A DNA stretch of 63,590 nucleotides, filler included, from Licmophora abbreviata (Eukaryota), in the NCBI GenBank assembly GCA_900291995.1. It is 6 parts of 6 records of this genome, joined end to end, with 100 filler letters (N's around TTAATTAATTAA, not from the genome) between each part and the next. Parts side by side here need not be neighbours in the genome. Positions count along the whole stretch, not along the records: positions 14,664 to 24,453 come from OLMU01000300.1; positions 24,554 to 50,710 come from OLMU01000302.1; 4 more parts are not named here. One strand, written 5' to 3'. The notes under the pieces are model-generated. The model saw only the letters and a list, made by a program, of their open reading frames with translations, did no database searches and was not told where the DNA came from. Numbering within the stretch: position 1 is the first letter of the stretch; every line of letters starts with the position of its first letter. The position numbers were made by a program, and so were the translations under genes. Positions 22,884 to 33,955 of the stretch are shown here, one piece after another.

Positions 22884-23876
22884 ATGCGTCTTGTACGCTG
22901 GACATCCAGCCTACTACGACCTTGGACTGTTCTGCTTGCTTTGCTCCTTATTCGACACGCATCTTCTTTGTCCATGACATCATCGGCGCCGACGATTCCA
23001 GCCTTTGATTCGCTCGTCGGATCCTGCTCCTGCGGCAAGGTGCAGTACGGTGTCTGTGGCGTTACCTCCAGCACTCCGACGGCCGACTGCCATTGTCCCA
23101 AGTGTCGAAAGCATCACGTCTCTGCCTTTTCGAGTTTTATCGTTACGTACGACGAGTTTGTTCAATGGAAGGGGGACCATACACTGTCGTCCTACCGAGA
23201 AACGTGCGAGGAAAAGGGAGCAGTCGATCGGTTGTACTGCTCCTCCTGTCACAGTAAAATTGGGACACGACTGGTCGAAGACAAGTACAAGACGTTGCTC
23301 TTGTGCATGGGGTCTATTGTGGACGCCTCCATTCCCAAGGAATGCAGTCAGACATGGCAGTCTCAGCGACGGAATTGGCAGCTCGACTCTGCGCCTTCAT
23401 GGACAAACGCGAAACCCAATGAGCTCCGAAGCACAATGATAGACACACGAAGACAAGTCACGGGTGGCTGCTCGTGTGGGAGTTCCTCGTATCGAGCCAG
23501 GTATGGGCCGGACGCTGAGCTCCAGCACTGCTACTGCAAATTATGCAGAAATCTCTCCGGCTCTGCCTTTATGACTTGGGTGCCCGTTCCGGAACTCGTT
23601 TGGACTTCGAAAGAGCCGCCGCTAGTTCGTCTGACGGGCCACGGTCAGCGTCACATTTGTCCCAGCTGCAGCGGCGTCTTGACGATCGTATACGACACGG
23701 ATCCAGATTTTGTATGGCCTGCGGCAGGTGGATTCGACGATGCGGCGCTTCCATCGTCCGACGACGTCGAATCCAATCTTGCCCGTGTCGTTCACATTTG
23801 CTGTAAATGGAAACAGGAATGGTACAAACTACCAGACGATGGACTGCCTCGAATCGAGTATGCTGCCGAAGAATAG
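22884..23876 (+). CDS. Tandem GFA/CENP-V domain protein with signal peptide
   Basis: Two copies of G(S/G)CSCG...C(H/Y)CxxCR...F...R..CxxC; hydrophobic N-terminus WTVLLALLLIRHASSLSM. Confidence 0.85.
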   Translation: MRLVRWTSSLLRPWTVLLALLLIRHASSLSMTSSAPTIPAFDSLVGSCSCGKVQYGVCGVTSSTPTADCHCPKCRKHHVSAFSSFIVTYDEFVQWKGDHTLSSYRETCEEKGAVDRLYCSSCHSKIGTRLVEDKYKTLLLCMGSIVDASIPKECSQTWQSQRRNWQLDSAPSWTNAKPNELRSTMIDTRRQVTGGCSCGSSSYRARYGPDAELQHCYCKLCRNLSGSAFMTWVPVPELVWTSKEPPLVRLTGHGQRHICPSCSGVLTIVYDTDPDFVWPAAGGFDDAALPSSDDVESNLARVVHICCKWKQEWYKLPDDGLPRIEYAAEE

Positions 23877-23917
23877 CTATAGAGGTACTACTGCTAATAG
23901 TAAAGGGGGGTTTGAAT

Positions 23918-24453
23918 TTAGTCGAGATGCATGGAATCATCCTCGGCATGCTCTTCTAGTGTAGTTTCTTGTTGTTGTTGCGAAGGATGGTGATGAATAC
24001 GGCTTACCATTGCCGCGTGGCTTTTATTGTGGCAATCAAGACAGTATGCGCGTTCGTCTCGACCCGTGCAGTCCAAGGTGGAGCAACAGGAACAAAAGTT
24101 CTGAAGACAGCCCTCGCAGCGACGGGTACATGCTAGACATGCCTGGCGCTCACAGTAGTTACAGGCTCCATCCGGAAGAGTCGCAAGAAGAAGGCCGCTT
24201 CGTGATGATGCAGATGATGATGCGCCGTGTGTAGCACGCTTGGAAGACTGCTTCTTGGATGTGAGAGGAAAGTAGGAGAGAATAGAATTGGAAGGATTCG
24301 TCGTTGCATTCGTATCAGGAGAAGGATGACGAGCTTTGTGATTGTTAGGCCGACGACAAATAAAACACGTCTCTGGATCGTCAGTGAAGGAAGATACGGG
24401 CGTTTGCTTGAGTTGCCACCATTTTTCCGTCGAGGATCCCGCATGCTGCTGAC
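23918..24453 (-). CDS. Siva-like Cys-rich zinc-finger protein, 5'-partial (start in the gap)
   Basis: Manual translation, not in the ORF track: ...PETCFICRRP...GACNYCERQACLACTRRCEGCLQNFCSCCSTLDCTGRDERAYCLDCH...DDSMHLD*. Confidence 0.7.
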
Positions 24454-24553
24454 NNNNNNNNNNNNNNNNNNNNNNNNNNNNNNNNNNNNNNNNNNNNTTA
24501 ATTAATTAANNNNNNNNNNNNNNNNNNNNNNNNNNNNNNNNNNNNNNNNNNNN
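24454..24553. other. Assembly gap with TTAATTAATTAA linker
   Basis: 100-nt N/linker/N block. Confidence 0.97.
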
Positions 24554-25780
24554 GTGATGGACCTGGCCTAGCCATCAAGGATGCGTCTCGCAAGGCACTA
24601 GCACACTATGGATGCGGCTCCTGTGGTCCTCGTGGATTTTATGGAACGATTGACGTCCATTTGGACTTGGAGGATGCCATGACCAAGTTTACGGGCACTG
24701 AGGGCGCCATCATGTATTCGGACGGAGCGTCGACGATATCGTCCACCGTGGCGGCATTTGCGAAACGCGGAGACTTGTTGGTTGTTGACGATGGTGTGTA
24801 CGAACCGCTCATAACAGGGGTGTCACTCAGTCGAGCCAACGTGTGTTGGTTTCGCCACAACGACATGGTACGATGAGCCTATGCCGCCTATTATCCTTCT
24901 TTTTGTGTTGCGTTCTGCTACGTGATCTCATCTCACTGACGTTATTCCGTACACACAGGAGGACCTTCGAAGTGTGTTGCAAGAAATCGAAAAGAAGGAC
25001 AAGCGTTTGGGTCGCAATTCAAACGCTCAGCGGCGGTTTATCGTTGTCGAAGGACTTTACAAGAATTCGGGAACGATCTGTCCACTAGACAAGCTTGTGG
25101 CGCTGAAGCACGAGTACAAGTATCGACTCATGCTCGACGAATCGTTTGCGTTTGGTACCCTTGGCAAGACTGGACGTGGTGCTCTGGAGTTGTACGGAAA
25201 GCGGAACATGTACGACGCCGAAATCGTAACTATTAGCCTTGAGAACTCGCTGGGCAGTATCGGCGGTGTTACAGTCGGAAACGAAGAGGTCGTCGACCAT
25301 CAACGACTGAGTGGAGCTGGGTACTGCTTCAGTGCGTCGTCACCCCCATTTACGGCCTCCGCCGCAATGCAGGCGCTGCACCAGATGGAGACGCGACCCG
25401 AACTTCTTACCAAGATGACCGAGAACAATGAATACTTTCATGAGAAGCTGGATGCGATGACAAATGTGATTCCGGGGAAACTGACGCTGACAAGTGACGT
25501 GCGATCGCCTTTAATCTTTCTCGAGCTATCCGATGCTGCCAAGGATACATCCACCGTTGAAGGATATCCAGATGACGCAAGTCTGTTGGATACCATCGTT
25601 CGCGAGTGTGTTTCGAACGGCGTCGCGTTTGTGTCTACTGGGGGGCACGTCCAGAGCAACATGCATACCGTTCCTCCACCTGCGATACGGATTACCATCT
25701 CTGCGGCTCACTCTAAGCAGGATATTGACAAAGCCCTTCAAGTGCTCGAGAAAGCTGTGTTGCGTGTAATGAAGGGGTGA
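24554..25780 (+). CDS. LCB1: Serine palmitoyltransferase subunit 1 (LCB1/SPTLC1), 5'-partial; intron 24868-24958
   Basis: YGCGSCGPRGFYGTIDVHLDLE, RRFIVVEGLY, LDESFAFGTLGKTGRG, ISLENSLGSIGG (no PLP lysine, as typical of LCB1), HQRLSGAGYCFSAS. Confidence 0.93.
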
Positions 25781-25933
25781 TAGACACACTTTCCTGCAGT
25801 GAACGCCGAGGTCGTGCCCCATGTCATACTGTGGTCAATACGATAATGGATCTAGCTAGTGGGTAGTCTATTTTCGGATACAATGCAGCCGTAGTCCATG
25901 TCCTAGAAATCGTATGAGAGTTTGCCATCGCGA

Positions 25934-28522
25934 TTATACGACATCCTGAATATTGAAATTCAGCGACTGGTTGGCGTAGGAATACGCCAGGAAAACAAGT
26001 AGGAGACTCAGAAGCACGGCCTTTATTGAGATGCCGTGCTCTCTTGCCTCGACAATACCACGGGGCATTGGCTTTCGACTTGCGGACGTCATCGAGCTTG
26101 GAGGGGACGGGCTTCGCGTGAATGATATTTCCTTTGGCAAAGTAAATCTGCTCGTGGACGGCGGCGGCAATCTATCAAGAGTCTTCGCAAAGCGTGAGAG
26201 CTGACTTTCGAACCCGCTAAGGAGCGCAAGTCGAGCCGCATGTCGTTTGTATGTGGAGACTACAAGCCAAGGGTTCACTTGGTCGTCGACATTGGTGTTT
26301 CGAGCGAACTCACAGAATCTTGCAAGATTCTGATCGTAGTTATTAAACGCGATGAAATCCGACGGATCAATGTGCAAGTCGATTTCGTCTAGACCAGCGC
26401 GCTCGTGCGGTGAAGAGTTTGCGTCCAACCAGGTGTGAAGGTCCCTTGCCATTCGCTTATGAGCTAGCCTCTTGCCAAGTGTTTCCGCAATAGAGTCTCG
26501 GTCAGCGATGAACAGGAACTTGCAAAAAAATATACCCTGTCGACGGCACTCGCTGTCGAACTCGATGAACTCTTCATACCTTGAGACTCGTTCGTCGTCA
26601 CTTAGCTCATGAAGGCTCCCGTAGACGAAGTCACCGGCTGGACCTCGGTCCCAAACAAGCGCAGAGTAGCTTTGCTTCCCTTCCTTGGTCCCTACTGGCG
26701 GTGTTCTAAACCGTTCCATCCACGGCCTCAGTTGCTGCTCTTCGGTTGGGGGCCTATTGTACTGGACCATTTCCACCGAGTAGCCACTGGCTTCCAGCGC
26801 GTCACAAATCAGACCACCCGTACTAGACTTTCCAGAGCAGTCAAGACCCTCCAGGTACAGAATTACGCCTTGAGGGGCTCGTCCCCTTCTCTGAAGCTTC
26901 TTCACCATACCCGACATCCGTCGAATTCCCACCTGGATCTGATTCCATTTCCTCGTCTGCTTTCGTCGCCTCTTGTAAGAGTCACCGGTCCTGATAAAGG
27001 CCTTGAGGGTAGCCCGATCCGTAGGCGGAAATGCGGTTTCGTTTTGCTGGAGCTTCGTGCTATCAATGTGAGAGAAAATGGTTCCCATGAGCTTGCAGCC
27101 ATTATTGTAGGACGAATACTCCCGCTCGAATCGAAGTTTCAAAGCTCCCCACTCCTGACTGGAGAAGAAAGCCCCACTGTACGCGAATCCTTCCACTTTT
27201 GCGATGGGACGAACGGCGGCGTCCAAAAATGTAGTGTCGGTTTGATCAGCCATTCGATCTGAATAGTACGGGATGCTCCGTTCAAGAATGATGTAGCGGG
27301 GCATTTCTGTCAACAGCGCAGGCCCATACGGCGTTGTGCGGAGTTTGATCCAATCACAATTGCCACCTGGTCGTCGATAAAAACTATGGCCACCCTTGCC
27401 CGTTCCAACAATTGCGAATCCGAGAACGGCAAGGTTGCATCGTACATTCGTTGGGTCTTCGCCATGTCCAATGGCAACTGATACATCTTTCGCTATGTCG
27501 AGAAGGTGAGCATCTCGATCAAGTTCCTGGTAGGCCCCGGACTTCTCGTGGAAATGAAGGATACCCTGCAGTGGACTCCAGCGGTAATGAGCTGCGCGGT
27601 AGACTGCAAACGTCACCTGACGACCAAAGCGACTACCTTGGAAGGACATTATGAAAGGCAACACTGCTCGCAGCAGGCCCATCAACATGATCACTGGTCG
27701 ACTCTGCTGATCAAGAAAGGGAGCAATGAGTCTCGCGCTAATGGGAAAGGCAACATACCGTGCCAGTCCCTCTGCACAGCGGCGCGACCAGAATCGAAAG
27801 CAACGATTGCCGATGAAGGCCATCCCCTCCGCGATTCCTACTTCGTACAATCTGTTGTCCACACGGGCCTCCCAGGCTCGAGCAAGAGCGAGAATGATTC
27901 TGACCGTGCGAGTGAAGGGGTGCACAAACTGCAAAAACAGACGGTTTGGGCCGCCTTGTCCAATACGCTTCACTTGCTTCACCGCTCTCCGGGCGTCCTT
28001 CCGACGGGTCACATCCAGAGCTGCCAAATACGCCCACTTCAAAGGATCCATGCAGTACCCAAAGCATCCGCTAAGGCGAACCAGTAATCGGCTGCTTTTC
28101 CACCAGTGACGAAACTGATTCAGTGTCCAAATGTACGGATTTCGATGCCTCTTTCCACGCTTCTCCGGTGCCAGAGAGGGAATTGATTTGGGGTGCTGAT
28201 GAGAGGCATGAGAATTCGAAAAGAGTCGATAGAGTAGAAGTGCCACCTCATTCTCCGAATCTAGCCGAGACGTCTTGCCATCATCATGCAAAAGACTCGT
28301 CCGCTCATGGACAACGAGACGGCCCACCTTGTCCAGTCCACCGTGTTCTGGTATGGTGCATTGTCGCGATGGCTTCTTGTTTATGAAAAGACCACCGTGT
28401 ACTCTGTCGGGAGTAGCACGTCTCGCTTGACGACGCATGTTCTCTTTCGACAGTCCACCTTGGCTCCATATTGAGCTCGCATCGCGCTGAGGCACAGCCG
28501 CTTTCTCTGGAAAAAGCGACAT
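25934..28522 (-). CDS. ppk2: Polyphosphate kinase 2 (PPK2) domain protein with long unassigned N-terminal region and C-terminal TM helix
   Basis: GVILYLEGLDCSGKSSTG (PPK2 Walker A), PPTEEQQLRPWMERF, VWDRG (Walker B-like DR), KFLFI, PWLVV...KRHAARL; hydrophobic C-terminus AVLLSLLLVFLAYSYA. Confidence 0.8.
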   Translation of the reverse strand: MSLFPEKAAVPQRDASSIWSQGGLSKENMRRQARRATPDRVHGGLFINKKPSRQCTIPEHGGLDKVGRLVVHERTSLLHDDGKTSRLDSENEVALLLYRLFSNSHASHQHPKSIPSLAPEKRGKRHRNPYIWTLNQFRHWWKSSRLLVRLSGCFGYCMDPLKWAYLAALDVTRRKDARRAVKQVKRIGQGGPNRLFLQFVHPFTRTVRIILALARAWEARVDNRLYEVGIAEGMAFIGNRCFRFWSRRCAEGLARYVAFPISARLIAPFLDQQSRPVIMLMGLLRAVLPFIMSFQGSRFGRQVTFAVYRAAHYRWSPLQGILHFHEKSGAYQELDRDAHLLDIAKDVSVAIGHGEDPTNVRCNLAVLGFAIVGTGKGGHSFYRRPGGNCDWIKLRTTPYGPALLTEMPRYIILERSIPYYSDRMADQTDTTFLDAAVRPIAKVEGFAYSGAFFSSQEWGALKLRFEREYSSYNNGCKLMGTIFSHIDSTKLQQNETAFPPTDRATLKAFIRTGDSYKRRRKQTRKWNQIQVGIRRMSGMVKKLQRRGRAPQGVILYLEGLDCSGKSSTGGLICDALEASGYSVEMVQYNRPPTEEQQLRPWMERFRTPPVGTKEGKQSYSALVWDRGPAGDFVYGSLHELSDDERVSRYEEFIEFDSECRRQGIFFCKFLFIADRDSIAETLGKRLAHKRMARDLHTWLDANSSPHERAGLDEIDLHIDPSDFIAFNNYDQNLARFCEFARNTNVDDQVNPWLVVSTYKRHAARLALLSGFESQLSRFAKTLDRLPPPSTSRFTLPKEISFTRSPSPPSSMTSASRKPMPRGIVEAREHGISIKAVLLSLLLVFLAYSYANQSLNFNIQDVV

Positions 28523-28977
28523 GGGATAGTCCCTATCCGTGCGATTTCACTTCTCATCAACTCTAACAATGGAATGTACAACGACGACGAGGGATGTTGC
28601 GGGTGTGATGAAGTGCGCGATGACACAAATTGTGTCAGTTCTCGTCTCTCGGTCACGAATGATTGCGTCATTTCGGTAGTAGACGGGATTCGACGTTTCA
28701 AACCCCCTCTTCTTCCACAATTCGCGATCAAATCAGACCAACCGCACTTTAGTAGATTGAAGAAATGTAGCTCTAGGTGCCATAATCCAGTCGTCCCATC
28801 TCTTTCCGTCGCGGTACCGGTAGGCCCATGACGCGAACACAAAAGGCGACGACCCCGTGGCACCGATGTCCTCGACGACTCACGACACTCACACCCTTAC
28901 TCGACACTCGATGTTCTCGAAACGACTAAGAAGCCCATAAAATCGCAAAGCTCATCCTATGCAAGCTGCTTGGTAAA

Positions 28978-30186
28978 CTAGTAATCTGCATCGATGTTCT
29001 CGTTGGCCGAATTTTCGACAGATGACGCGGACTTGCCAGTGCCTTTCTCAGGTGAAGGCGAGAAAGCAGAGGGCGCAGATTGTGTAGCAATCTTTTGTCG
29101 GACTGTAGCGACAGCAGAGCTCTCTGACCTAGTGTTCGGCGCTGGTGATGGACGAGTTGTTGGCGCAAGCCGTGCTGACAGGACCTGGCTGAGAGCCCAG
29201 TGGCGACTTTTTTGAGGATGCGCTTCTCGCCATCGATTGTACCGAGGGCGCACGTAGATGAAAAAGTTGAGGAAACCTTGTAGCGGAAAGAAGAACGAAC
29301 CAATGAGATTGAGCGCAAACCAGCCCAGTTCTCCCATACTGGCCCGTGTCTCGCCCGGAATCACAGCTTCTGCGATCCAGCTCGTTGCGCTCCAGAGAAA
29401 GCTATTTGCAAAACTCAGACAGTACAACACAGCCTGCGTGCCCACGGTCTGCAATCGCCTTTCAGATGCGTCTCCTGACGTATCACTTTGAAACCTGTGG
29501 CTCAGGCTTTTCGTAAGGGTTTGCCGTACTTTCCAGTAGACCATCGAGGTCATGATAATTCCCAACACTCCCGGCAGTATCACAAGGGCAAGAAACGAAT
29601 ACGTGAGTTCCTCCGTGTACAATCCTCTGGTACAGTCGAGTGTTTCATCCTGACGACAGTTTGTCGGATAGAATGCAATGTCACAAAGCCTTCGAAACTC
29701 GGCAGGATTGAACGCTTTCAGCGACAGACCAAGAATTCCGACAATGAGGGGTGTCACAATTGCGCTCAGATGCATCCATCGTTCATACCGACTGGTCAGA
29801 ATTTCCTCCTTCTCTCCGTGCCGGACAGTTTTGAAGTAATAAAAAGAGAGAAAGAAATTGTAAAAGCAGGTTGCGATGATCGTATAGAGGAAGAATCCAG
29901 CAAAGGAGCAAGTCTCCGTGGTGCCGACGGCGCCCAAGAGGAGTGGGTCGGGCGGTGCCATGTAAGGCTGGATCAGAATATCAATGCCGTGAATAAGATC
30001 GGCTGTGCTCAGACCAAGAATTAAACGTTGATACATTCCACCCTTCCATCGTTCCCCCCTGACAATGATGTAAATGATCGATCCGGATCCCAGTACAGAA
30101 AGGAACGCGCCAAGTGCCATGACAGCTAGGACGGCAATCTGCTGCCCATCCGACATGTAATTGGGCGTATCGTCATTTTGTTCCAT
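28978..30186 (-). CDS. 7-TM G-protein-coupled receptor (cAMP-receptor/Git3-like family)
   Basis: Seven hydrophobic segments; LSVLGSGSIIY, YQRLILGLSTADL, CSFAGF, FFPLQGFLNFFIYVRPRY. Confidence 0.88.
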   Translation of the reverse strand: MEQNDDTPNYMSDGQQIAVLAVMALGAFLSVLGSGSIIYIIVRGERWKGGMYQRLILGLSTADLIHGIDILIQPYMAPPDPLLLGAVGTTETCSFAGFFLYTIIATCFYNFFLSFYYFKTVRHGEKEEILTSRYERWMHLSAIVTPLIVGILGLSLKAFNPAEFRRLCDIAFYPTNCRQDETLDCTRGLYTEELTYSFLALVILPGVLGIIMTSMVYWKVRQTLTKSLSHRFQSDTSGDASERRLQTVGTQAVLYCLSFANSFLWSATSWIAEAVIPGETRASMGELGWFALNLIGSFFFPLQGFLNFFIYVRPRYNRWREAHPQKSRHWALSQVLSARLAPTTRPSPAPNTRSESSAVATVRQKIATQSAPSAFSPSPEKGTGKSASSVENSANENIDADY

Positions 30187-30600
30187 GACGATCCTCAGAA
30201 GCTTCTCGGTCGTAGCTTGGATGCTTTATTTTCTCCTACAGGACTTTGATGGATTCATTGCAGAGAAGATATTTGCAGTTCGGCCGGCCCTTGCGGCTTG
30301 TAGTGTCGACATTGTGCGGTCGCTCGATCCGCTGTGCCTTTTTTCACAATCTCCCGTTCTCATCACAAAAGATGTAGTGCGAAAACTTTAGCATTCGAAA
30401 CACGACTGCCACGCTCAACTGTGACTAAAATAGTCGAAGGGATGGATCCAAAACGAGATTGAATTCCAAAACGCGCGCGCAATGAAGATCCCGCCGCCGT
30501 CGGCACGAGGAACAGTGTCGAACATTTTGTGGTTTTAGAAGTCGTCTATGCCCGACTGATTGAATGAATCCAAAGCAAGAGGATCCATAGAATGTAAACC

Positions 30601-33600
30601 ATGAGTGAGGCAGAACATGGTTCTGAATCCGTCGGTCAGGCGGAGATGACTCGCGAAAACGGAAAGCCAGAACAGGCCATCACAACAGTCAATGGTACCC
30701 ATTCCGATGTGCACGTCCACAAGCTCGTTCCACAACTTGACTTGAGCCAAGTGGGAAAGAAGTTATATGGAAGGGAAGAGGAAGAGTCAGCTTTGCTTCA
30801 AGTTTACCAACGAGTCTGTCGTTCGAAGGAAGGAGCATCTCCTAGTGCGAGTACCTCCGAGACGAAGATCACGCTTCGGCGTCGGCAGCCCGAGTTTGTG
30901 TGTATTACCGGTGCCTCGGGGCAGGGGAAAACATCGCTGGCGAACTCTCTCAACTCTCGCGTGACAGGCGATGGTGGATACTTCATTTCTGGCAAGTTTG
31001 ACTTGCTGGAAAGGAATGAACTCTACGCTCCGTTCGTGTCCGCCTTTACGGAGTTCTCCAACCTCGTTGTGGCGCAGGGAGATGCCGTGGTGTCCTCGAT
31101 ACGAGACGATATCCGCAAGGCTATCGGCTCTGACACTGGAGTTCTCCTGGACATGATTCCGGCGCTTGGAAAGATACTCGGCTCGGATGGTGCTGCTGAG
31201 AATTCGTCTGTCGCTCGCCGAAGGAGCCAGCCCAATACCAATCGATTCTCCTTTGTCTTTCGGAGTTTCTTGCGTGCTGTGTGCTCATCAGATCGACCGA
31301 TAGTGCTGCTGCTTGACGACTTACACTGGGCGGACCAAGCGACCCTGGATCTGTTACAGTCCCTTGTGCCTGATCCTCAGCATGAGAGTATACTTTTTGT
31401 GGCGACGAGTGATGATGAAGATATTGTTTCGACGTCGTCCCGCGTGCACTCGACCATTCGTAGATTGAGCGCTGGTGAAATGGTGGAAACCACACAGATC
31501 CGAGTCGCGCCAATCGAAGATACACTCGTTTTCCGGCGATTATTGTCGGATATTCTTCTTTGCACTGATAAGGAAACTGCTGGGCTGGCTGACCGCCTTT
31601 CCGACCTCTCCGGTGGCAATATGCTGTATGCGGTTGAAATTGTGCGTTTTTGGCATGACGAGGGGTTTCTCACATTTGATGAGCGAAGCCATGCTTGGAG
31701 TTGGGATGACGACGATGTTCGACTTGCAGGCGAGTCTGAATCTCTACGAGATCTGATTGCGAAGAGGATACTAAGGCTTCCTCCACCTGCTTTGGAAACT
31801 CTTAAAGTTGCCGCATGCCTTGGTGCTACCGTCGATGTGACGTTGCTCCAGACTGCTTTGTCTGGACCGGTCCCGATTTCGGAGTATCTATCTGTCGCAG
31901 CGTCGAAGGGCCTCTTGAACTACGCGAGTCGATCCAATGCATATTCTTTCCCTCATGATGTTGTCCAAGCGACGGCCTATTCCCTAATCTCGGATGAGTT
32001 GAAACCTAGATTCCATGCAACGATTGGACGCAAACTGACAAAGAAGCTCGAGTCGGAAGTATTGGAGCGGAACATATACGTGATATTGGATCAGTTTTAT
32101 CGAGGTTCGAACCTTCTTGACAACGCAAAGGAGAAGAACTCAATCGCTTCTCTATGTTTGGACGCTGGAAGCGCCGCAGTCTTGTCGTCCAGCTTTCAAA
32201 CTGCGTCTGTACTCTTGAGGCTTGGCCTTGACCTGGTAGGGGATGCTGCCTGGAAAGATAATTACTATCTTATCTTGGCGCTCTCCAATTCTGCAGCAGA
32301 AGTGGCGTACTGTACAGGCGACTTCGATCGCGTGGATGAGTTGACAGGTTCGGTAATCACACACGCGACTGAATTTCGCGACAAGCTACGTGCATATTCC
32401 ACTGACATCTCCGCGCTTGCAGCTCGCGATCAGATGAGTGACGCAATTGACTTAGCTCTGACTATTGTGGCTCATCTCGGTGTCTCCTTGCCCTCGAATC
32501 CGTCGAGGCGATACGTATCCGCGGAGATTCGTAGAGTGAAACGGCTATTGAAAGGCAAGAGCAACGAGATGATACTGCGGATGGCGCCTATGGCTGACGA
32601 GGCTAAGATATCTGTTATGCAGATTCTCAATCTGATCTTTGTCAGTGCGTACATGGCATGTCCACCTCTTTCCGCCGCCGTAACGCTGTGCATGGTCCGA
32701 TTGTCTCTGGAGTATGGGCTTACTGCGATTTCTTCCGCGGCATTTAGTTTCTATGGTATTCTGCTATGCAGTTCGGCTGAAGAAACTGACGGCGGCTTCC
32801 GTTTCGGCCAACTTGCTCTAGCGCTATTGGAGCAGTACAACACGCGCGAGTGGATACCTCGCGTCTATGCGGCAGTGTGAGTTAGTTTTTTATCGCATTT
32901 GATGGCAGCCGCCCATGCGCGCTTTGCTTTGACCCTCATACGTGTACTCGGTTGTTGCTGACACTGTACGACACAGGTACGGCTGTATCTATCCATGGTC
33001 TCGGCGTCTTGATGAAACCATGGATCCTCTTAGATATGCCATCCGAGTTGGCCTCGAAACAGGAGATATGGAGTTTTCAATGTTGAACGCAGCTATTTTT
33101 TGTTTCAATTCCATTGACAGCGGTGGCTCACTGGAATGCATTGAGAAAGAAGCGTCGACATTCCTTGAAATAATGGTGCTCCAGAAGCAAGAGGGCGTTC
33201 AGCTGATGTTGAAGCCATTTCTTCAAATGGTTGAAAATTTCACCAAGGAAGTCGACGACCCAACACGGCTGTCGGGCAGCCATATCAGTGAAAAGGAAGC
33301 TTTAGACCACGCTTTGGAAACAAACAACCACATGTCAAGTTATGCAATTAGCTTCCAGAGAGCTACACTGAGTTATGTCTTCGGCGACTTCGAAGGTGCT
33401 TGGCAGTCGATCTCACGCTGTCGAGATGTTTTCTTGCATCCCATGGCGAATTTCGAGATCTCTTCACTGGCTTTCTTCGATGGACTCATTGCCTTCGCCT
33501 TGGCCCTTCAGACACCTGTGCGAGACCGTGGTAAGTATCTTGCCCACGCGCGATCATGCATCAAGAAGCTGAGACGATGGGCACTCGCATCTCCCATCAA

Positions 33601-33889
33601 TCTTCTGGGAAAGCTATCGTTACTACAGGCGGAGAATGCGGCCGTACAGGGGAAGCACAAGAGAGCTTACTTGAAGTACGTCGATGCTATTGCTGTGTCC
33701 GCCCACGCAGGCTTTCTGCACGAAGAGGCTATCGCGAACGAGCGTACAGGGCGATACCTCCTTGCAAAAGGTGATATGCCGTTTAGCTTGAAGTACATGC
33801 GAGAGTCCCACCGCCTTTACAAGCAGTGGGGCGCCCAAGGAAAAGCAAAGCGTTTGCAGGCGGAGATCAGCGAAAGATACCTACAGTAA
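30601..33889 (+). CDS. STAND-class AAA (AAA_16) ATPase + winged helix + TPR-like repeats; intron 32877-32976
   Basis: LYGREEE, ITGASGQGKTSL (Walker A), SGKFD, VLLLDDLHWAD (Walker B), SGGNMLY (GxP-like), LKVAACLG, YSFPHDVVQATAY, and C-terminal helical repeats ending FLHEEAIANER...WGAQGKA. Confidence 0.88.
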
Positions 33890-33955
33890 CCCAAACGATA
33901 CCGTTTCGCTTTTACGGGAATGTGCTAAAAACAAAGTAAACATTGTTAGGACTGT

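Noticed and set aside
24133..24444. 103-aa minus-strand ORF with a His run
   Set aside because: Wrong frame; the overlapping frame encodes the coherent Siva-like Cys pattern.
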